A stretch of 64,000 nt of DNA from Macrostomum lignano (GCA_002269645.1 NIVC01000707.1:177010-241009); one strand, 5' to 3'; counted from the stretch's first letter, positions 24,127 through 37,340 are shown. Numbers and translations are program-made. Notes: generated from the letters alone by a model not told the origin.

Positions 24127-26258
24127 TAGGGGTTTGCAACCTCTGGCCCACAGACTTTCTATGCGCCTATAAATTTCTTCTATCTTCATTATTATAATCT
24201 GGCCTGCACCATTGCAATAAACTTTTTTTGGCCTATAAAAGTTTTATGCACTGAAAATAGGGAATTTTTTTCTTAATTTTCAATTTAAATCACAAATTAG
24301 TACTGACACAAACTAAGTCTGAGTGGCTGTTTACAAAGTTTTCAAAGACAGACAGCACATCAGTTCAAACTTTTGAATAGAATAGAAATAGGGGAACTAG
24401 TGGCAAAGGAAAGTGAAGTAGGCCTAGTGGCTTGCCAACAATAGGGATACAAATATGGGCATTTCCGCCAAATAGGGACACAAATTGTGTCCGAGTGTGC
24501 AAAGAAGACGAAAAATGTTGAAAACAGGAAATCTAACTAGAATTTGTTATTAAATTTCTTTTTTTATCTTGTAGAAGCACAAGAAATTTTCTGGTAACAA
24601 TAAAAGTTGCCGATAAAAGTTATACTGATCTAAGAAGACGATTAATACCGTAGGAGAATAAAATTTTATATTGAGACATAATTGCTTGCTTATAATTAAC
24701 TTTCTTTCAGTCAATAATTTTTTAACTGTTTCTTAATGCTTTTAATCAACTTTTCAATTCAGATTTTGTTATTTTTGCGCATAAGTTCATACGATATTTT
24801 TTAACTTTGTCAAAAAAATTTTTCTGCGCGATATACCGAACGTAAATCTCTAATTTTACTTTTCAGTAACTAGCCGATCACCGTAATTATTCAGAAGTTC
24901 CAGTGCAACTTTGCAAGCAGCAAGAAATGCATATGCTTCCACAATCTAGAGAAAGTTTTTCTGAAGCAATATTACAAGTAAATGTGGGGAAAATTGATTT
25001 AATACTATGTAAATTACTATCTACATACTATAGTGCAAAATATAAATTACATTTTTATTGATAAATAAACAAGAAATTAATGTGAAACTGTTTTATTTTC
25101 CAGCTTTTATACTTAATGATAGTCTTGTAAGACTGATTTTGAGAAAAAAACTAGCGAAAAATAAAATAAAGGGTACAACATGAAAATACATCTCGTGTAA
25201 GTAGTGTGCTTACTACATTTAAATGTTAATATTTAAGGTATTTTGACAGATTAAGGTTCAGCAGACCACTTTTTGTGAAGCTCTGTATGTCAGCAATCCA
25301 TAAATATATCGTTTTCAGCTAATAAAAAGCACTAAAAAAAATTATTGGGTACAACATGAGTACAATCTTGTGGTTAAGATGTCACATCGAAAAAAAATTA
25401 ATGTCTTAGAAAAATGTATTAAGCAAATTCATTGCTAAAAAATATACTGATACATTATCGCAAAGATGTTTTCCTTCATTTAAGCTAAAAAACGTGTAGA
25501 TTGAAAGCCTTATGAGTAAATGAGAGGGTACAACATGAGTACAAATGATACAAAAACTTACTGTTTATAATTTTTGGTATAGCAAGAAAACTGACAAAAA
25601 TCAATGACTTCTTGCAGGTGTTGTAACGAAAAGGAATGATTTTAACAAAGTTTAATGTGTTTTTTTCATGAAACAAAGAGAATTACTATAAAAAATGTTT
25701 TCTTCGCTCTTTTATTTAATGTTGAAGTTAAAAATTGTGTGTTTGGACATCCAAAAAAGTGGCGTCTACGTAAGTTTAAAATGGTTTATTCAACATTAGT
25801 TTTGCCGATTAACAATCTTTAATAGCTTTAAATTGAGCAAAAGTGGTTGTATTTTTCAGTTTAAGTCCTTGTTTGACTTCAATTAGCTGGCTTAAGCTAC
25901 AATTCATCATTTTCTGTTTGTTGAAGTGTAATTTTCCGATAGTGCCTAATTGACGGAAATGCCCATATAGTACATTGATTGGGCTGGCTGTGCAATAGAA
26001 TCAAACTTTCTAAGAATACATCAAATTATTATAAACTTGTTATTAATTTTGTTTCTTTAGTATGATCAAATATTTTAAAACATTAGTAGTACAACTAGAA
26101 ATTTGTTGAGAGGGCAGATTCTAGAGGGTAGAGACCCATGGAAGGATTTTGGAGGATAAAGACCCAGGGAGGGGCAGAGTAATAAGGGGCAACCTATGGC
26201 CCATGTATTTGAACTGAAAACCTCACTTGGCCTTCAAGTAAAAAGTTGCCAACCCCTA
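24127..26258. mobile_element. Non-autonomous hAT element containing a nested insertion
   Basis: TIR TAGGGGTTTGCAAC / GTTGCCAACCCCTA, perfect 8-bp TSD GCTTAGAA; copy 1 keeps only the right end (~16767). Confidence 0.85.
24457..25964. mobile_element. 1.5 kb non-autonomous DNA transposon (GGG termini, ATAT TSD; Sola-like or TA-target type)
   Basis: TIR GGGCATTTCCG / CGGAAATGCCC; the empty site CAAATATAGTAC is preserved in copy 1 (~16467). Confidence 0.85.
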
Positions 26259-26506
26259 GCTTAGAATCTCAAACATTAAACTTAAAGATAAGAAAAAGTC
26301 AATTTTTAACAATAGCAAAATATTTATATTGTCAAATACTTTGAAAGCATTATAAATAGAAAAATAAAGCAGTATTTGTAGTGTTAGGCATAGTTAATAA
26401 AAATCTTAACTCCTTTTAATGGTAAAAGCATTTGGATTAAATCCATTATACTTATACTTAAAAATCTTAACTTGTTAACTAGGCCTAGGGCCTAATATGA
26501 CAATCT

Positions 26507-26617
26507 GGCTATCTTCAAGTTTCGTTCGTTTAATTCCAACACCCACCCCCCACCACCCTTGAATAGAGGGCGAAATAATTCCGGAAATAATTAAACGAAC
26601 GAAACTTGAAGATTGCC
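26507..26617. mobile_element. 111 bp foldback MITE
   Basis: ~29 bp TIR GGCTATCTTCAAGTTTCGTTCGTTTAATT; degenerate TSD GACAATCT/GATAATCC; empty site in copy 1 (~17015). Confidence 0.8.
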
Positions 26618-26858
26618 GATAATCCTTAATATATATTAATCTATTGAAGTTAATATAGAAAATATAGCTACAGGAATTTTGCACTTTTTTTACCAAAACA
26701 GACTTTATAATGCACAGTGATGCATTGTCTTCTTTTCTATCTTTTTAGCAAAACACAGTCCATAGTCAGAGGTCAATTAAAAAGCTAAAAAATAATAGAC
26801 AATAATAACAGACATTTTATATACAAGTTTTTACTTGTATATAAAATGCTACTAAAAG

Positions 26859-28083
26859 TAGTGATGGACCGAATGTGGATTTTTGCAAGTTTCCGAAACC
26901 GAATCCGAATGTACAAAAAAATCCGAATCCGAATCCGAATGTTTCCGAATCTAAGCAAAAAGTGTAAGGTAAACGGCGGGAGTAACTATGACTCTTTTAA
27001 TTTACGAAAATGTCTCGTCATCTAATTAGTGCGCACATAAATTGACTGACAAGATTCCATCTCTCCTGAGATTATATTCGTACTCGTACTTTTATCTTAG
27101 GGGTCGGATGTGATCACAATCGTGAATTCAAGACCATTTTTTCACGATAGTGATTTTGTTGAAACCTGTTCCATCAGTTGTGAATTTCTGCTTACGTTTT
27201 TATTAGAAATATAACTTTTCTACTTGATTTACCAAAAAACGTTGAACACAATGTGTAAAGAATTAACAAATTTTAAATTTGTTGACTTGATAGCATTACG
27301 GCCGAGTAGCTATTATCAATATACGAGTATGATTTCTTTTCTTGTTTGTTATTTTCAACACTTGTAACTTACGAGCTCAATATACATGTATGCTAATATA
27401 AATTCACAATCACGATCACGCCTGCCTTTGAAAAATTCACGCATGACCAAAATCTTCTACTTGTCCGACCTCTACTGATATCTATCGCGAAACCAAATTT
27501 AAAGAGACGGACTTAGATAGGAAATTCAGTTCTACTTCTACCGTGTTACATGAACATCTAATTCTAGTACTACTGACTATAGCTAATGAGTGACATATAT
27601 ATATACAGTGCAATTATGATAATTTTACTGTACGTACGCACAGTCCATGTGACCCGTGCAGTTGCAATTTTGCATTTTGAAAAAAACCTGTTATTACACT
27701 TAAACAATAATTACCAAAATATTTCCGTAACTTTAGGTTTATCGTCTTACGGGTCCCTAGGTTTAGTAAATTTACTTATTTAACTTTTTTTAAACGTATA
27801 TTGCTGCAAAAATAGACAATCGTAGAAAAAAAGAATAACGTGATAGATTTTGCTCTTTGCCTTTTAATTTTCTTTCTTTTTAGTTTTTAGTTTCTTTATT
27901 TAACGGGTTGCATGCATGCTTTGGTTTCTTGATTTGTAATATTTATTTTAGATTTGAATTTTAGAAGCACATTCGGAAATATTCGGAAAAAAAATTTCCG
28001 AATCCGAAACATTCGGATTCCTATAAAAGTAAGACTTTTTTTCGGATTCGGATTCCGAATCCGAATATTCGGATCCATCACTA
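26859..28083. mobile_element. 1.2 kb non-autonomous hAT element with CCGAAT subterminal repeats
   Basis: TIR TAGTGATGGA / TCCATCACTA, perfect 8-bp TSD ACTAAAAG; empty site in copy 1 (~17250). Confidence 0.9.
26969..27515 (+). pseudogene. Degenerate, interrupted 28S rRNA fragment inside the hAT element (homology ~26969-27068 and ~27462-27515)
   Basis: GGTAAACGGCGGGAGTAACTATGACTCT and CTCGTCATCTAATTAGT match the conserved eukaryotic LSU rRNA; weaker match resumes at TATCTATCGCGAAACCA. Confidence 0.8.
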
Positions 28084-28943
28084 ACTAAAAGTATGCATAA
28101 AGTAACTTAAATTTATTTGAAACCTGAAAAAGAATTAGTTAAGAATAAAATACAAACAGGAAGGTTGTAATGTTGTATCAAAAAGCATAGGCTGAATCTT
28201 ACTAGGCCATCATATTCTATGAATAGGCGACAGTGACGGTCATGCTAATCATAAATCATACGATGTCGATAGAATGAAAACAAAAAGCCATAATTTTATA
28301 CCAGTTTTCGTATTTATTTTCTTGCATTAGATATATTATTACATTGTTATACTATACCTAGAAATGTCATGCAAACCCAAAAATATGCCAACTTACTAGC
28401 ACAAACTCAACTTTATGCCAGAATTTTTCAGTATACGTAGATGTATAATGTTCAAGGTGCCAGAAATACAAATTTTTGATGTTCAATGTACGTGTGTGAA
28501 AAAACTTGACCCTGACCCAATCAACTCTCTTCTTCGACGAGGACGACGACGACGACGCTTTTAAAAAAATTCTGTTTGGTGAAACAATTTTTTTATTCTT
28601 GTTAAAAGTTCAAAGCATCGAAGCTACATTTTTTTGAAAAAACAAATACTAAATCAGAAAAATAAAGAACATCCAGCAAAAAATTACTTACCAATAAGAC
28701 AGACCATGCACTTTTTAACAACTTGACTTTCGGCGAATAATTTTTCAGCTGGCTTGCGGCGGCGATCCTTACTATTAAAGTTGCTGTATTTTTCGTAGTT
28801 CTACAAGAACACGACAAATCACAACGACTTAAGAGTTTGATGTTCAATTGCTATCGCGTAGGACACCTGCACAGTTTTTTATTTTCTTGTGGATTATTAC
28901 CGTCAATCTATTTTAAAGAACACATCTGTTTCAATAATCTCAA

Positions 28944-31900
28944 ATGGGTATGTTATTTGACCTGTGCTGTTACTCATGTATATTACTTTCAAAAAATTAG
29001 GTTGTAGCATGCTTTATTTTTTTACTGTTGCCATCAATAGCAGATCCAGAAAATTTTGAATGGGGGGTGCAGACTATTAAGGTACATATATATTCATATA
29101 ATGTACAAGTATTTGTACATGATAATGTGTATTTTCCATATAAAAAATAAAAAAAATCTAACTCAATGGGGGGCACGCCCTGTGCGCCCCCCTCTAAATC
29201 CGCTACTGGTTGCCATATATGATATTAGGTGCATTTACCCACAAATCATATTTTGTATAACATAAAAACAGGCATATATTTTTTATTGTAGTTTGTGTAG
29301 TCTAGGGCCTAAGTAAGCAAAGTAATCTATAAATGTAAGACAGATTTTTCATTTTTATAGGTATAAACTATAGGTTAAGATATACAGTAGTATTAGTAAT
29401 TAAAATTAGCAATTACAATATATAATAGGCCTAAAACAAGGGCTACATCTAAAAATTAAGACTATGTTTAGAACTTTAGGTAAGGCCTAACTTAAAATAT
29501 TGAAATGTTTATTTGCTTATATAGTATATCAGTTTGATAGAATATAATCTAGTGAAAGAAGTATAGCTTTTTGATATTCTTATAACTATTTTATCTCATT
29601 TTTTCTACCTTTTTCAAAACTTTTATAGGTGACCAGCTTGAGAACATCCCCTATCCATCTATGATCTCATTTGTGCTCATCCTAGTAGGCGGCTGCATCA
29701 TGACTGGCACACTCTATGAAGCAGTTCGAAGGACAGATACCTACTTTCGCAGCACATTTTATCCTATAGATGGGTAAGTGGCTGCTTTAAAAACAAGCTC
29801 AAAATTTCTTTTATATCAAAATATTTCTGTTGTGAGCTGGTGAAAGTGACTAGAAGCACAATGTGAAATCTTAAGCTTGTGAAAGATCCTGTCTTTTGAC
29901 AATATGAAACTATAAAGCTTCAAGTCTGCTCAGAATCCCCTAACTTGAAACAAAACCACCCTGCCGCACCGCACTGCAGTTTCTCCTATGCCCAGACAGT
30001 CAGCGTCATCATCACCCCAATCACGGTAGTGCTGGCTGCCGCTCTGCTAGCATTTGGTTGCCTAGCAACCGGTGCAACCCGAGAGAAAATCTACCGAGGC
30101 AACAGGTCGATCCTGTCTGGCCGGGGCGCGGCCTTGGTGTTCCTGGCGCTGGCCCACCTGAGCTGCCTGTGCTGGCTGGCGCTGATGTGCGGCCTGATGT
30201 TCCCGGCCACCGGCTGGCTGGTCATGGACCGCGTCTGCGCCGAGGAGTGGCGCTACTGGCTGGACATCGACGGCGAGAAGACCAACGCCAAGTTCTTTAA
30301 TTACTTCCGGTTCAACCTGACTCATTATGGTTTGTAAAAAATCCCTTACCAATTTCCACTAAACCGTGATGCTGTGCGTTAACAGTGGGAGTCTTAATTG
30401 ATACTCGATTTTTTCGTCATCTTATTAGAGCTTCTAAATTTCAATTCAATATCCCCCCAATCGCAGGCATCTACAAGAAGCTGTACAATTTCAATCCTTC
30501 GCTGAAGTACAACGAGACGATAACAACTGCCACGGCGTTTCAGAACTTCTGCTCGAATGTGAGTGAGAGGCTGAGCTATTCGAATTTTCCCGTTACTTTG
30601 CCTGTTTTTTCACCGTCTAAAAATTATATTTTTTCATGAGAAGTTAAACTCTCCCGAAAATCATTTAACCTCGATGGCGAACTAAAATCGCAAACTTATT
30701 ACAAATCATTGCAAATTTCTACAGGTGAACACAATCGGCCCTCTGTACATGTTTGCCTTGGGCGGCGCCATGTTCGTGCTGTTCGGGCTGGTGAGTAATG
30801 GCTGCCTGCACAGGGCTGCTGGGGTCCGGGGATGACTGCACACTGCATTGCAAGGTGCAGCTACCTTGGTTGAGACCTGTTCTGTTGTCTTCTGATCTAA
30901 CTGATTCTCCCAGATTATCACGTGGGACTGCAGCCACTCCCAGATTGTCAGATGGGATTGCAGCCACTCCCAGATTGTCAGATGGGATTGCAGCCACTCT
31001 CCCAGATTGTCAGATGGGATTGCAGCCACTCCCAGATTGTCAGATGGGATTGCAGCCACTCCCAGATTGTCATGTGGGATTTCAGCCACTCCCAGATTGT
31101 CAGATGGGACTGCAGCCACTCATAGATTGTCAGGTGGGACTGCAGCCACTCATAGATTGTCAGGTGGGATTGTAGCCACTCCCAGATTGTCAGATGGGAT
31201 TGCAGCCACTCTCCCAGATTGTCAGGTGGGACTGCAGCCAATCGCAGATTGTCAGATGGGATTGCAGCCACTCTCCCAGATTGTCAGGTGGGACTGCAGC
31301 CAATCGCAGATTGTCAGATGGGATTGCAGCCACTCTCCCAGATTGTCAGGTGGGACTGGAGCCACTCTCCCAGATTGTCAGGTGGGATTGCAGCCACTCT
31401 CCCAGATTGTCAGGTGGGACTGCAGCCACTCCCCCAGATTGTCAGGTGGGACTGCAGCCAATCCCAGATTGTCAAGTGGGACTGGAGCCACTATCCCAGA
31501 TTTTCAGGTGGGACTGCAGCCACTCTTGAAAATTCCTTAGTTGCTATCACATAAGAATATGAGACATAAAAAAGGTAGCAACCTATCTTAAAATCTGGTT
31601 AGAGCTGCCTGACAGGTTAGACAATTGTCTAACCTGACAGTATAGTTAGAGCTGGCCAGGGGGTTAGCGAAATGGGCGGCAACGCCTCCTCGCTGTTTCT
31701 GGACGCACGGAGCCCCCTGCAGCTAAGTCAAGTAAGTCATGGTTAGAGCTGCAGTCTCACCTGACAATCTGGTTAGAGCTGCAGTCTCACCTGACAATCT
31801 GGTTAGAGCTGCAGTCTCACCTGACAATCTGGTTAGAGCTGCAGTCTCACCTGACAATCTGGTTAGAGCTGCAGTCTCACCTGACAATCTGGTTAGAGCT

Positions 31901-32306
31901 GCAGTCTCACCTGACAATCTGGTTAGAGCTGCAGTCTCACCTGACAATCTGGTTAGAGCTGCAGTCTCACCTGACAATCTGGTTAGAGCTGCAGTCTCAC
32001 CTAACAATGCTGTCTCTTACAATCTTAGAGTTGAAATCTCAGTCGAGCATGTGAGGATAGCTGTGTTTCTAAAACAGTTAAGCCTTTTAACAATAATAAA
32101 AAACCCGTTGCCAACTGCAGTTCTGCTTCATCGGAGCCCTGTCGGCGAACTACACGAAGCTGAAGTACACGCAGGACCTGACCCAGTACCGCACGGCTAA
32201 GCAGCCGGAGGTGGAGCCAGCCGAAACCGAGTACCTGCAGGCTGCCGGCTACGCCCCTAGCATTGCGGGCCACGGACCGTCGGACTCAATTGTCTACTCT
32301 CAGTAG
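28944..32306 (+). CDS. M6/proteolipid glycoprotein, copy 2; exons 28944-28947 (tentative), 29629-29773, 29980-30329, 30467-30558, 30725-30790, 32121-32306
   Basis: Same exons and splice sites as copy 1; amino-acid differences seen are L>F and K>R. Confidence 0.83.
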
Positions 32307-34040
32307 CAAGTTGACGACACGCAGCGGCGCATTTTAATTTGCCATTGTTTCATAACATCGAACTGCTGTGAAGTAAATTAGAGCTGGGATGGAAATTTGA
32401 CTGCTGTCTCCTGAGCTGGCACGCCGGGGACCCCAGGACTGTCGATAGGCGGCAAGCCCTTTATTTGTCTCGCCTTCAGACCAAGAGTTCTGCGGGGTCC
32501 ATGACTGCACTGTCGCAACTTAACCATTACATGTATGACTATTACATTCCATGCCTGCTTAGTTTAGGCCTACTTGCAATTTTTAACGCAAAATGCACGA
32601 TTTTCTATCTGTGTACACAGATACTTAGAATTACTAAATGTAGATGGGCCACTCAGCACATTTGCGTGCAAGCTACTTTTCAGTTCAGTAGTAAGTTAAA
32701 TCGAAGCATTTTAATGTATTTTTAAAGACAAAGCTTATTTATTTGCTCTTACCCCGCACCCCAAGCTTAAACTCTCAACCTCCTCACGAAGCCACTACTC
32801 CTGCCCCGCCACCCATTTTTTATTGCCTTCCTCGGTTGTTCCAGCCTAAATCTGCCATGTACATTTCAGTGGTTAATGTACATTATGGCTGAACCAATTA
32901 AAAAGCTGTTTACGCCTGCAAGCTTTGGCTTCTAAACTTATTCAAAGTCATCTATCTCAGCTGCCTTTATTCTTATAAAATAGCTTAGGTATTCTTCCTT
33001 GCTACTGAACTGAAAGTAGAAAGCTGTTTTGCTAAGTATATATGCCCCCATCTTTCTAGTATCTGTGGTGTATTATGTACTCGTACATGTAGGGCTAAAT
33101 TGTTGTTTCCCTTGTAAATTTTTAATTTTGTTCATGTTTACATAACTCATATTATTAATGAACGACAGTTAAACTTAACACTATGGTGCCAAATTGTAAT
33201 CAGTTTGTGTGTGTGTATTCGGATCATTAATTCTCTTTTTTAAGGCTTCAATTGTTTACCGCTTACAATGTTAGTCACGGTTTATCAATTATTTGTTGTT
33301 AGCACTTGAGCCAATTTTTGTATATATTTTTGTTAACTACACAAAGCCCTTGACTCCCCGACATTTTACTAACATTCCACTAATGAAACAACCGTTCTCT
33401 TAAGAAATAAACTTCACTAGAAGCAGTCTTCGTTATCTCTTGCTTCATATCAGAGCAAAGCAAATAATATTCTTGCAACACGCTGACGGATATTCAGTAG
33501 TGTCTTCACGATCATTCGTCAAAATAAATAAAAAATTGAAATAAAGACACTTCTACCAGTCTGGCACCCAGTAGTGAGGAAAGGCAATACGAAATGAAGA
33601 AAATGTCAACAATACTACTGATTAAGTAGCCTTAGTAGTACAGAGTAGGAAGACAATGCCCTGAATGAGCGGACTAGGTGCAGTAGTGGTTGTTCACTAT
33701 AGCTAGAACACAAACTACACGCAAAATTGCTATTTTTGTGTCAGAAAATACAGAGATTATTGTTTCTGCTAATCTGGAATCTTGGAATCTTTGCCACGCA
33801 GATGCCCCCTTTTAAATAATGCTCAACTGCAATAGGTGCTCTTGGGGAGGTCATGGTGGGCAAAGACCCCAGAAATTAATAGTCTTGCGGTGCCAAAGTC
33901 TACCGCATTAATAGCATGCTTGACTTGAAGCAGGTTTTCCGTCAGTGAAAACTGTTAATGAGCTAGTTCTATCATTCAGGGACGGCCGCAACTAACATGT
34001 ACTTGTGGCTGAACTAGCCAGGATATTAGACAGGCCGGCC

Positions 34041-34664
34041 TTAGTGGGCTTTGACCTTCTCGGCCTCCGCACCCTCCTCGAGCTGGTGCTGGTGCCCGCC
34101 CGCCTGTCTGTGATGATAAAACGACAAAAAGAAGTCCCAGAACGCGGTGATGAAGCTCAGGTAGAGGATTCTGTACTTTGGCGGCAGGAAGTAGAAATTG
34201 ACGGCCTGTGCGGGCGGCCAGACCAGCCAGTCCGCCAGGTAGGCGGTTGGGAACTTGCGGCAGGCCGTCTCCCAGGCCTGGGCGGGCGTGCGGCCCTCCA
34301 GCAGCGGCATTAGCAGGAAGAAGCAGAAGTTGATGCCGATGCCCATGCCGATCTGGTCCATCAGGATCTTTTTCACGATCGTACGACCGGCGCGGCCGGG
34401 CAGGCGATGGTCGAGCAGCACGTACCAGAAGTGCTGCGGCGTGGCCAGCAGCAGGCCGACAATGTAGATCCGCTTGGTGCGGCTCCAGTCGATGGGGCCC
34501 ACAGGCCGGCTGCCGAGGCGCTGCTCCAGCTTCTGGGCCGCCAGGTCGCCGATGCTCAGCAGGGCGGGCGCGGTGGCCAGGTTGGTGAGCAGCAGGTAGC
34601 GGGGGCTGTACGCCAGCTCGTGGAATCGCTTCAGGGCGTCCGCCGCCCGCCGCCAAGCAGTCAT
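34041..34664 (-). CDS. MPV17L2: Mpv17/PMP22 family, MPV17L2-like, 207 aa, intronless
   Basis: LLLTN..GDLAAQ, HFWY..LD, KKILMDQ, YLADWLVWPPAQAVNFYFLPP..R motifs. Confidence 0.85.
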   Translation of the reverse strand: MTAWRRAADALKRFHELAYSPRYLLLTNLATAPALLSIGDLAAQKLEQRLGSRPVGPIDWSRTKRIYIVGLLLATPQHFWYVLLDHRLPGRAGRTIVKKILMDQIGMGIGINFCFFLLMPLLEGRTPAQAWETACRKFPTAYLADWLVWPPAQAVNFYFLPPKYRILYLSFITAFWDFFLSFYHHRQAGGHQHQLEEGAEAEKVKAH

Positions 34665-35866
34665 TTTGGCTTTATTGCTCGAGTCTTCTAGCTTTGTGGG
34701 TCAAAATCGGACTCCTGCTTTTCTGAGACTCAACTGCTAAGACTGAACCTCTGGCCGGTTTTGTGCTTGGCTCTGTATTTGAGAGCCAGCGGTCAGTGTC
34801 TCCCAGCTACTCCCGTGTGCCGGATCAGAGCCGGTTTTCATGCATTGATTGCACAATGGTTGATTGCCGCATTGTGGTGCTCTCGGCAAGGTCGCACGCG
34901 ATCCGCGGTGAGGGCAGGGGCCAGTGGGATTGGGGTAGCTGGTGGAAAATTTCCAATTGTCAGGGCCGGGGGTTTCTTAAGCCCATAATTTCACAATTCA
35001 TATAAAAGCATGCGTCTACCCCGGAACCCCAAGCTTCAAATACCATAATTCATTAATTATGAAAATTCAATTTGGCAAAGTGCCATATGGTGCTACAGTA
35101 GTTTTGGGCATTAACTAAATTATTTAATAAAATGATTGTTCCGTTGTGAAATTTTTGGTTTGTGAAAGCCAACCAATTTTGTCCAAATAAAACATTGCCT
35201 TAATGGTAGCAATAAGCGAACCAGCGAATCCAGGGCTCAATTGAGTACTGAGAGCGGGCAACAAATTCAGCTGCTTGAATACAACAGAGACTCAATTGCA
35301 GTGTGTGAGCTGGCTCGGGGCAATCAACTCATTAGCCGGTCGATAACAAACTCAAAAAGGCCACCCGGAAATCGCTATATCGCGCTATGTGAATCGCTCT
35401 CTATAGCCGAGTGAATCGCTTATTACGATAAAAAAGAGTCATTCCTAATGTTAAAGAAACTAACAAACAAGAAGCCAAACCATTTATCCAAAAACGCTCA
35501 AAGCAAGATGCAGACAGGCGTTTATGATTTGCATATTTTCACTCCATCTCCGCCGGGTCGGTAGAGACCCTGTCAACAGACGCATTCCATTAACACGAAA
35601 ACGATTCATTCAAGCACGTGACCAGCATTGGAAAATCATGATTTATTGCGTTTCTCAGCCAAGCGGCCATCGAATTGCAATAATATGCAGAGACAAACAT
35701 ATCGCTTCTATGCTAGGCGAGACACAAAACGAATCTGGGCGATGGTACAGCGGTGACGTCCGCGTCAGTTCATCAGTCTTAACTATCAAAGTGGCTTCTC
35801 CTAAACATCCCGGACCCCGACTACTCGCTACCACACCGGTCCATCACACCACTCGGAAGCAGATCT

Positions 35867-36718
35867 TCAGTGACGGTGAGGCTGAGCAGCCTTCATCAAA
35901 AAGTCCGAGTGCTCAGCATACGGGTGGTTGGCGGCGTTGGCCTCGGGCCACAGGTCGGGGCTCAGGTACTCGAACGTGCCCCGGATAGCCTGGTACGTGG
36001 CCTTGGCAAAGTTGCCCAGAGTGGCGGTCTGGCCTCGAGAGCAGGTGTACACGTCCTCGATGCCAGCCATCGTCAGCAGCTTCTTCGGAACGGGAGCCCC
36101 GACAATGCCCGTGCCCCTGGGAGCGGGGATCAGTCGCACCACCACAGAGCCGCACTTTCCAGTCAGCTTGCACGGCACCGTGTGGGGCTTGCCGATCTTG
36201 TTGCCCCAGTAGCCCAGGCGAACCGGGATGACCGACAGCTTGGCCAGGATGATGGCACCGCGGATGGCGGTGGCCACCTCCTTGGAGCACTTCACTCCCA
36301 GACCCACGTGCCTGTCGTAGTCACCGATGGCGACGATCGCCTTGAAGCGGGTGCGCTGACCGGCGCGGGTCTGCTTCTGCACCGGCATGATCTTCAGCAC
36401 CTCGTCCTTCAGCCGGCTGCCCAGGAACTGGTCGATGATCTCGCTCTCCTTGATCGGCAGGGCGAACATGTACACCTCTTCCAGGGACTTGATCTTGCCG
36501 TCCTTGACCAGCCGTCCCAGCTTGGTGACCGGCTGCCACTCCTCCTTGCCTTTGTCGCCGCCTCGGCCACCGCGGCCGCGACCCCGGCCACCGCGTCCGC
36601 GACCTCGGCCGCCTCGGCCGCCGCGTCCGCCGCGCTCGCCGCCTCCAGCGTCGCCACCACGACCTCCGAATCCTCCGCGGAATCCGCCGCGACCGCGTGA
36701 ACCGCCTCCAGAGTCCAT
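35867..36718 (-). CDS. RPS2: 40S ribosomal protein S2 (uS5), copy A, intronless CDS, 283 aa
   Basis: RGG-rich N-terminus; [13 protein letters not shown]; [19 protein letters not shown]; [13 protein letters not shown]-type core. Confidence 0.98.
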   Translation of the reverse strand: MDSGGGSRGRGGFRGGFGGRGGDAGGGERGGRGGRGGRGRGRGGRGRGRGGRGGDKGKEEWQPVTKLGRLVKDGKIKSLEEVYMFALPIKESEIIDQFLGSRLKDEVLKIMPVQKQTRAGQRTRFKAIVAIGDYDRHVGLGVKCSKEVATAIRGAIILAKLSVIPVRLGYWGNKIGKPHTVPCKLTGKCGSVVVRLIPAPRGTGIVGAPVPKKLLTMAGIEDVYTCSRGQTATLGNFAKATYQAIRGTFEYLSPDLWPEANAANHPYAEHSDFLMKAAQPHRH

Positions 36719-36825
36719 TTAGGCTGCTAGCTGCAAGGATGGGGTTTTCAGCGGGCAGGTCAGGAGGTTTTAGAAACAAATGTGATTATTGCAGAAGGAT
36801 GAGGTAGCGAAATAAGCGGGTGGTT

Positions 36826-37340
36826 CACAGGACTGTAAATGGGTGGTTCACAGGACTGAAAATGGGTGGTTCACAGGACTGTAAATGGGTGGTTCACAGG
36901 ACTGTAAATGGGTGGTTCACAGGACTGTAAATGGGTGGTTCACAGGACTGTAAATGCGTGGTTCACAGGACTGTAAATGGGTGGTTCACAGGACTGTAAA
37001 TGGGTGGTTCACAGGACTGTAAATGGGTGGTTCACAGGACTGTAAATGGGTGGTTCACAGGACTGTAAATGGGTGGTTCACAGGACTGTAAATAGTTGGT
37101 TCACAGGACTGTAAATGGGTGGTTCACAGGACTGTAAATGGGTGGTTCACAGGACTGTAAATGGTTGGTTTACAGGACTGTAAATGGGTGGTTCACGGGA
37201 CTGTAAATGGGTGGTTCACAGGACTGTAAATGGTTGGTTCACAGGACTGTAAATGGGTGGTTCACAGGACTGTAAATGGTAGGTTCACAGGACTGTAAAT
37301 TGGTGGTTCACAGGACTGTAAATGGTTGTTTCACAGGACT
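36826..37340. repeat. Minisatellite, 23 bp (GGGTGGTTCACAGGACTGTAAAT), upstream of the RPS2-A acceptor
   Basis: Visible units. Confidence 0.96.

Larger units (their letters stand above)
23985..34625. repeat. Tandem segmental duplication, copy 2 (M6 gene plus intact MPV17L2), carrying extra TE insertions
   Basis: Collinear with 16275-23961. Confidence 0.92.

Noticed and set aside
27068-27462. Group I intron interrupting the 28S fragment
   Set aside because: No recognisable P/Q/R/S core; AT-rich with MITE-like inverted ends
26969-27515. Functional rRNA gene
   Set aside because: Only ~150 nt of homology, mutated and embedded in a transposon
35770-35850. C/D snoRNA in the RPS2 3' UTR (TGATGG..CTGA, minus strand)
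   Set aside because: Imperfect box C, no terminal stem and no recognisable rRNA guide; exonic location
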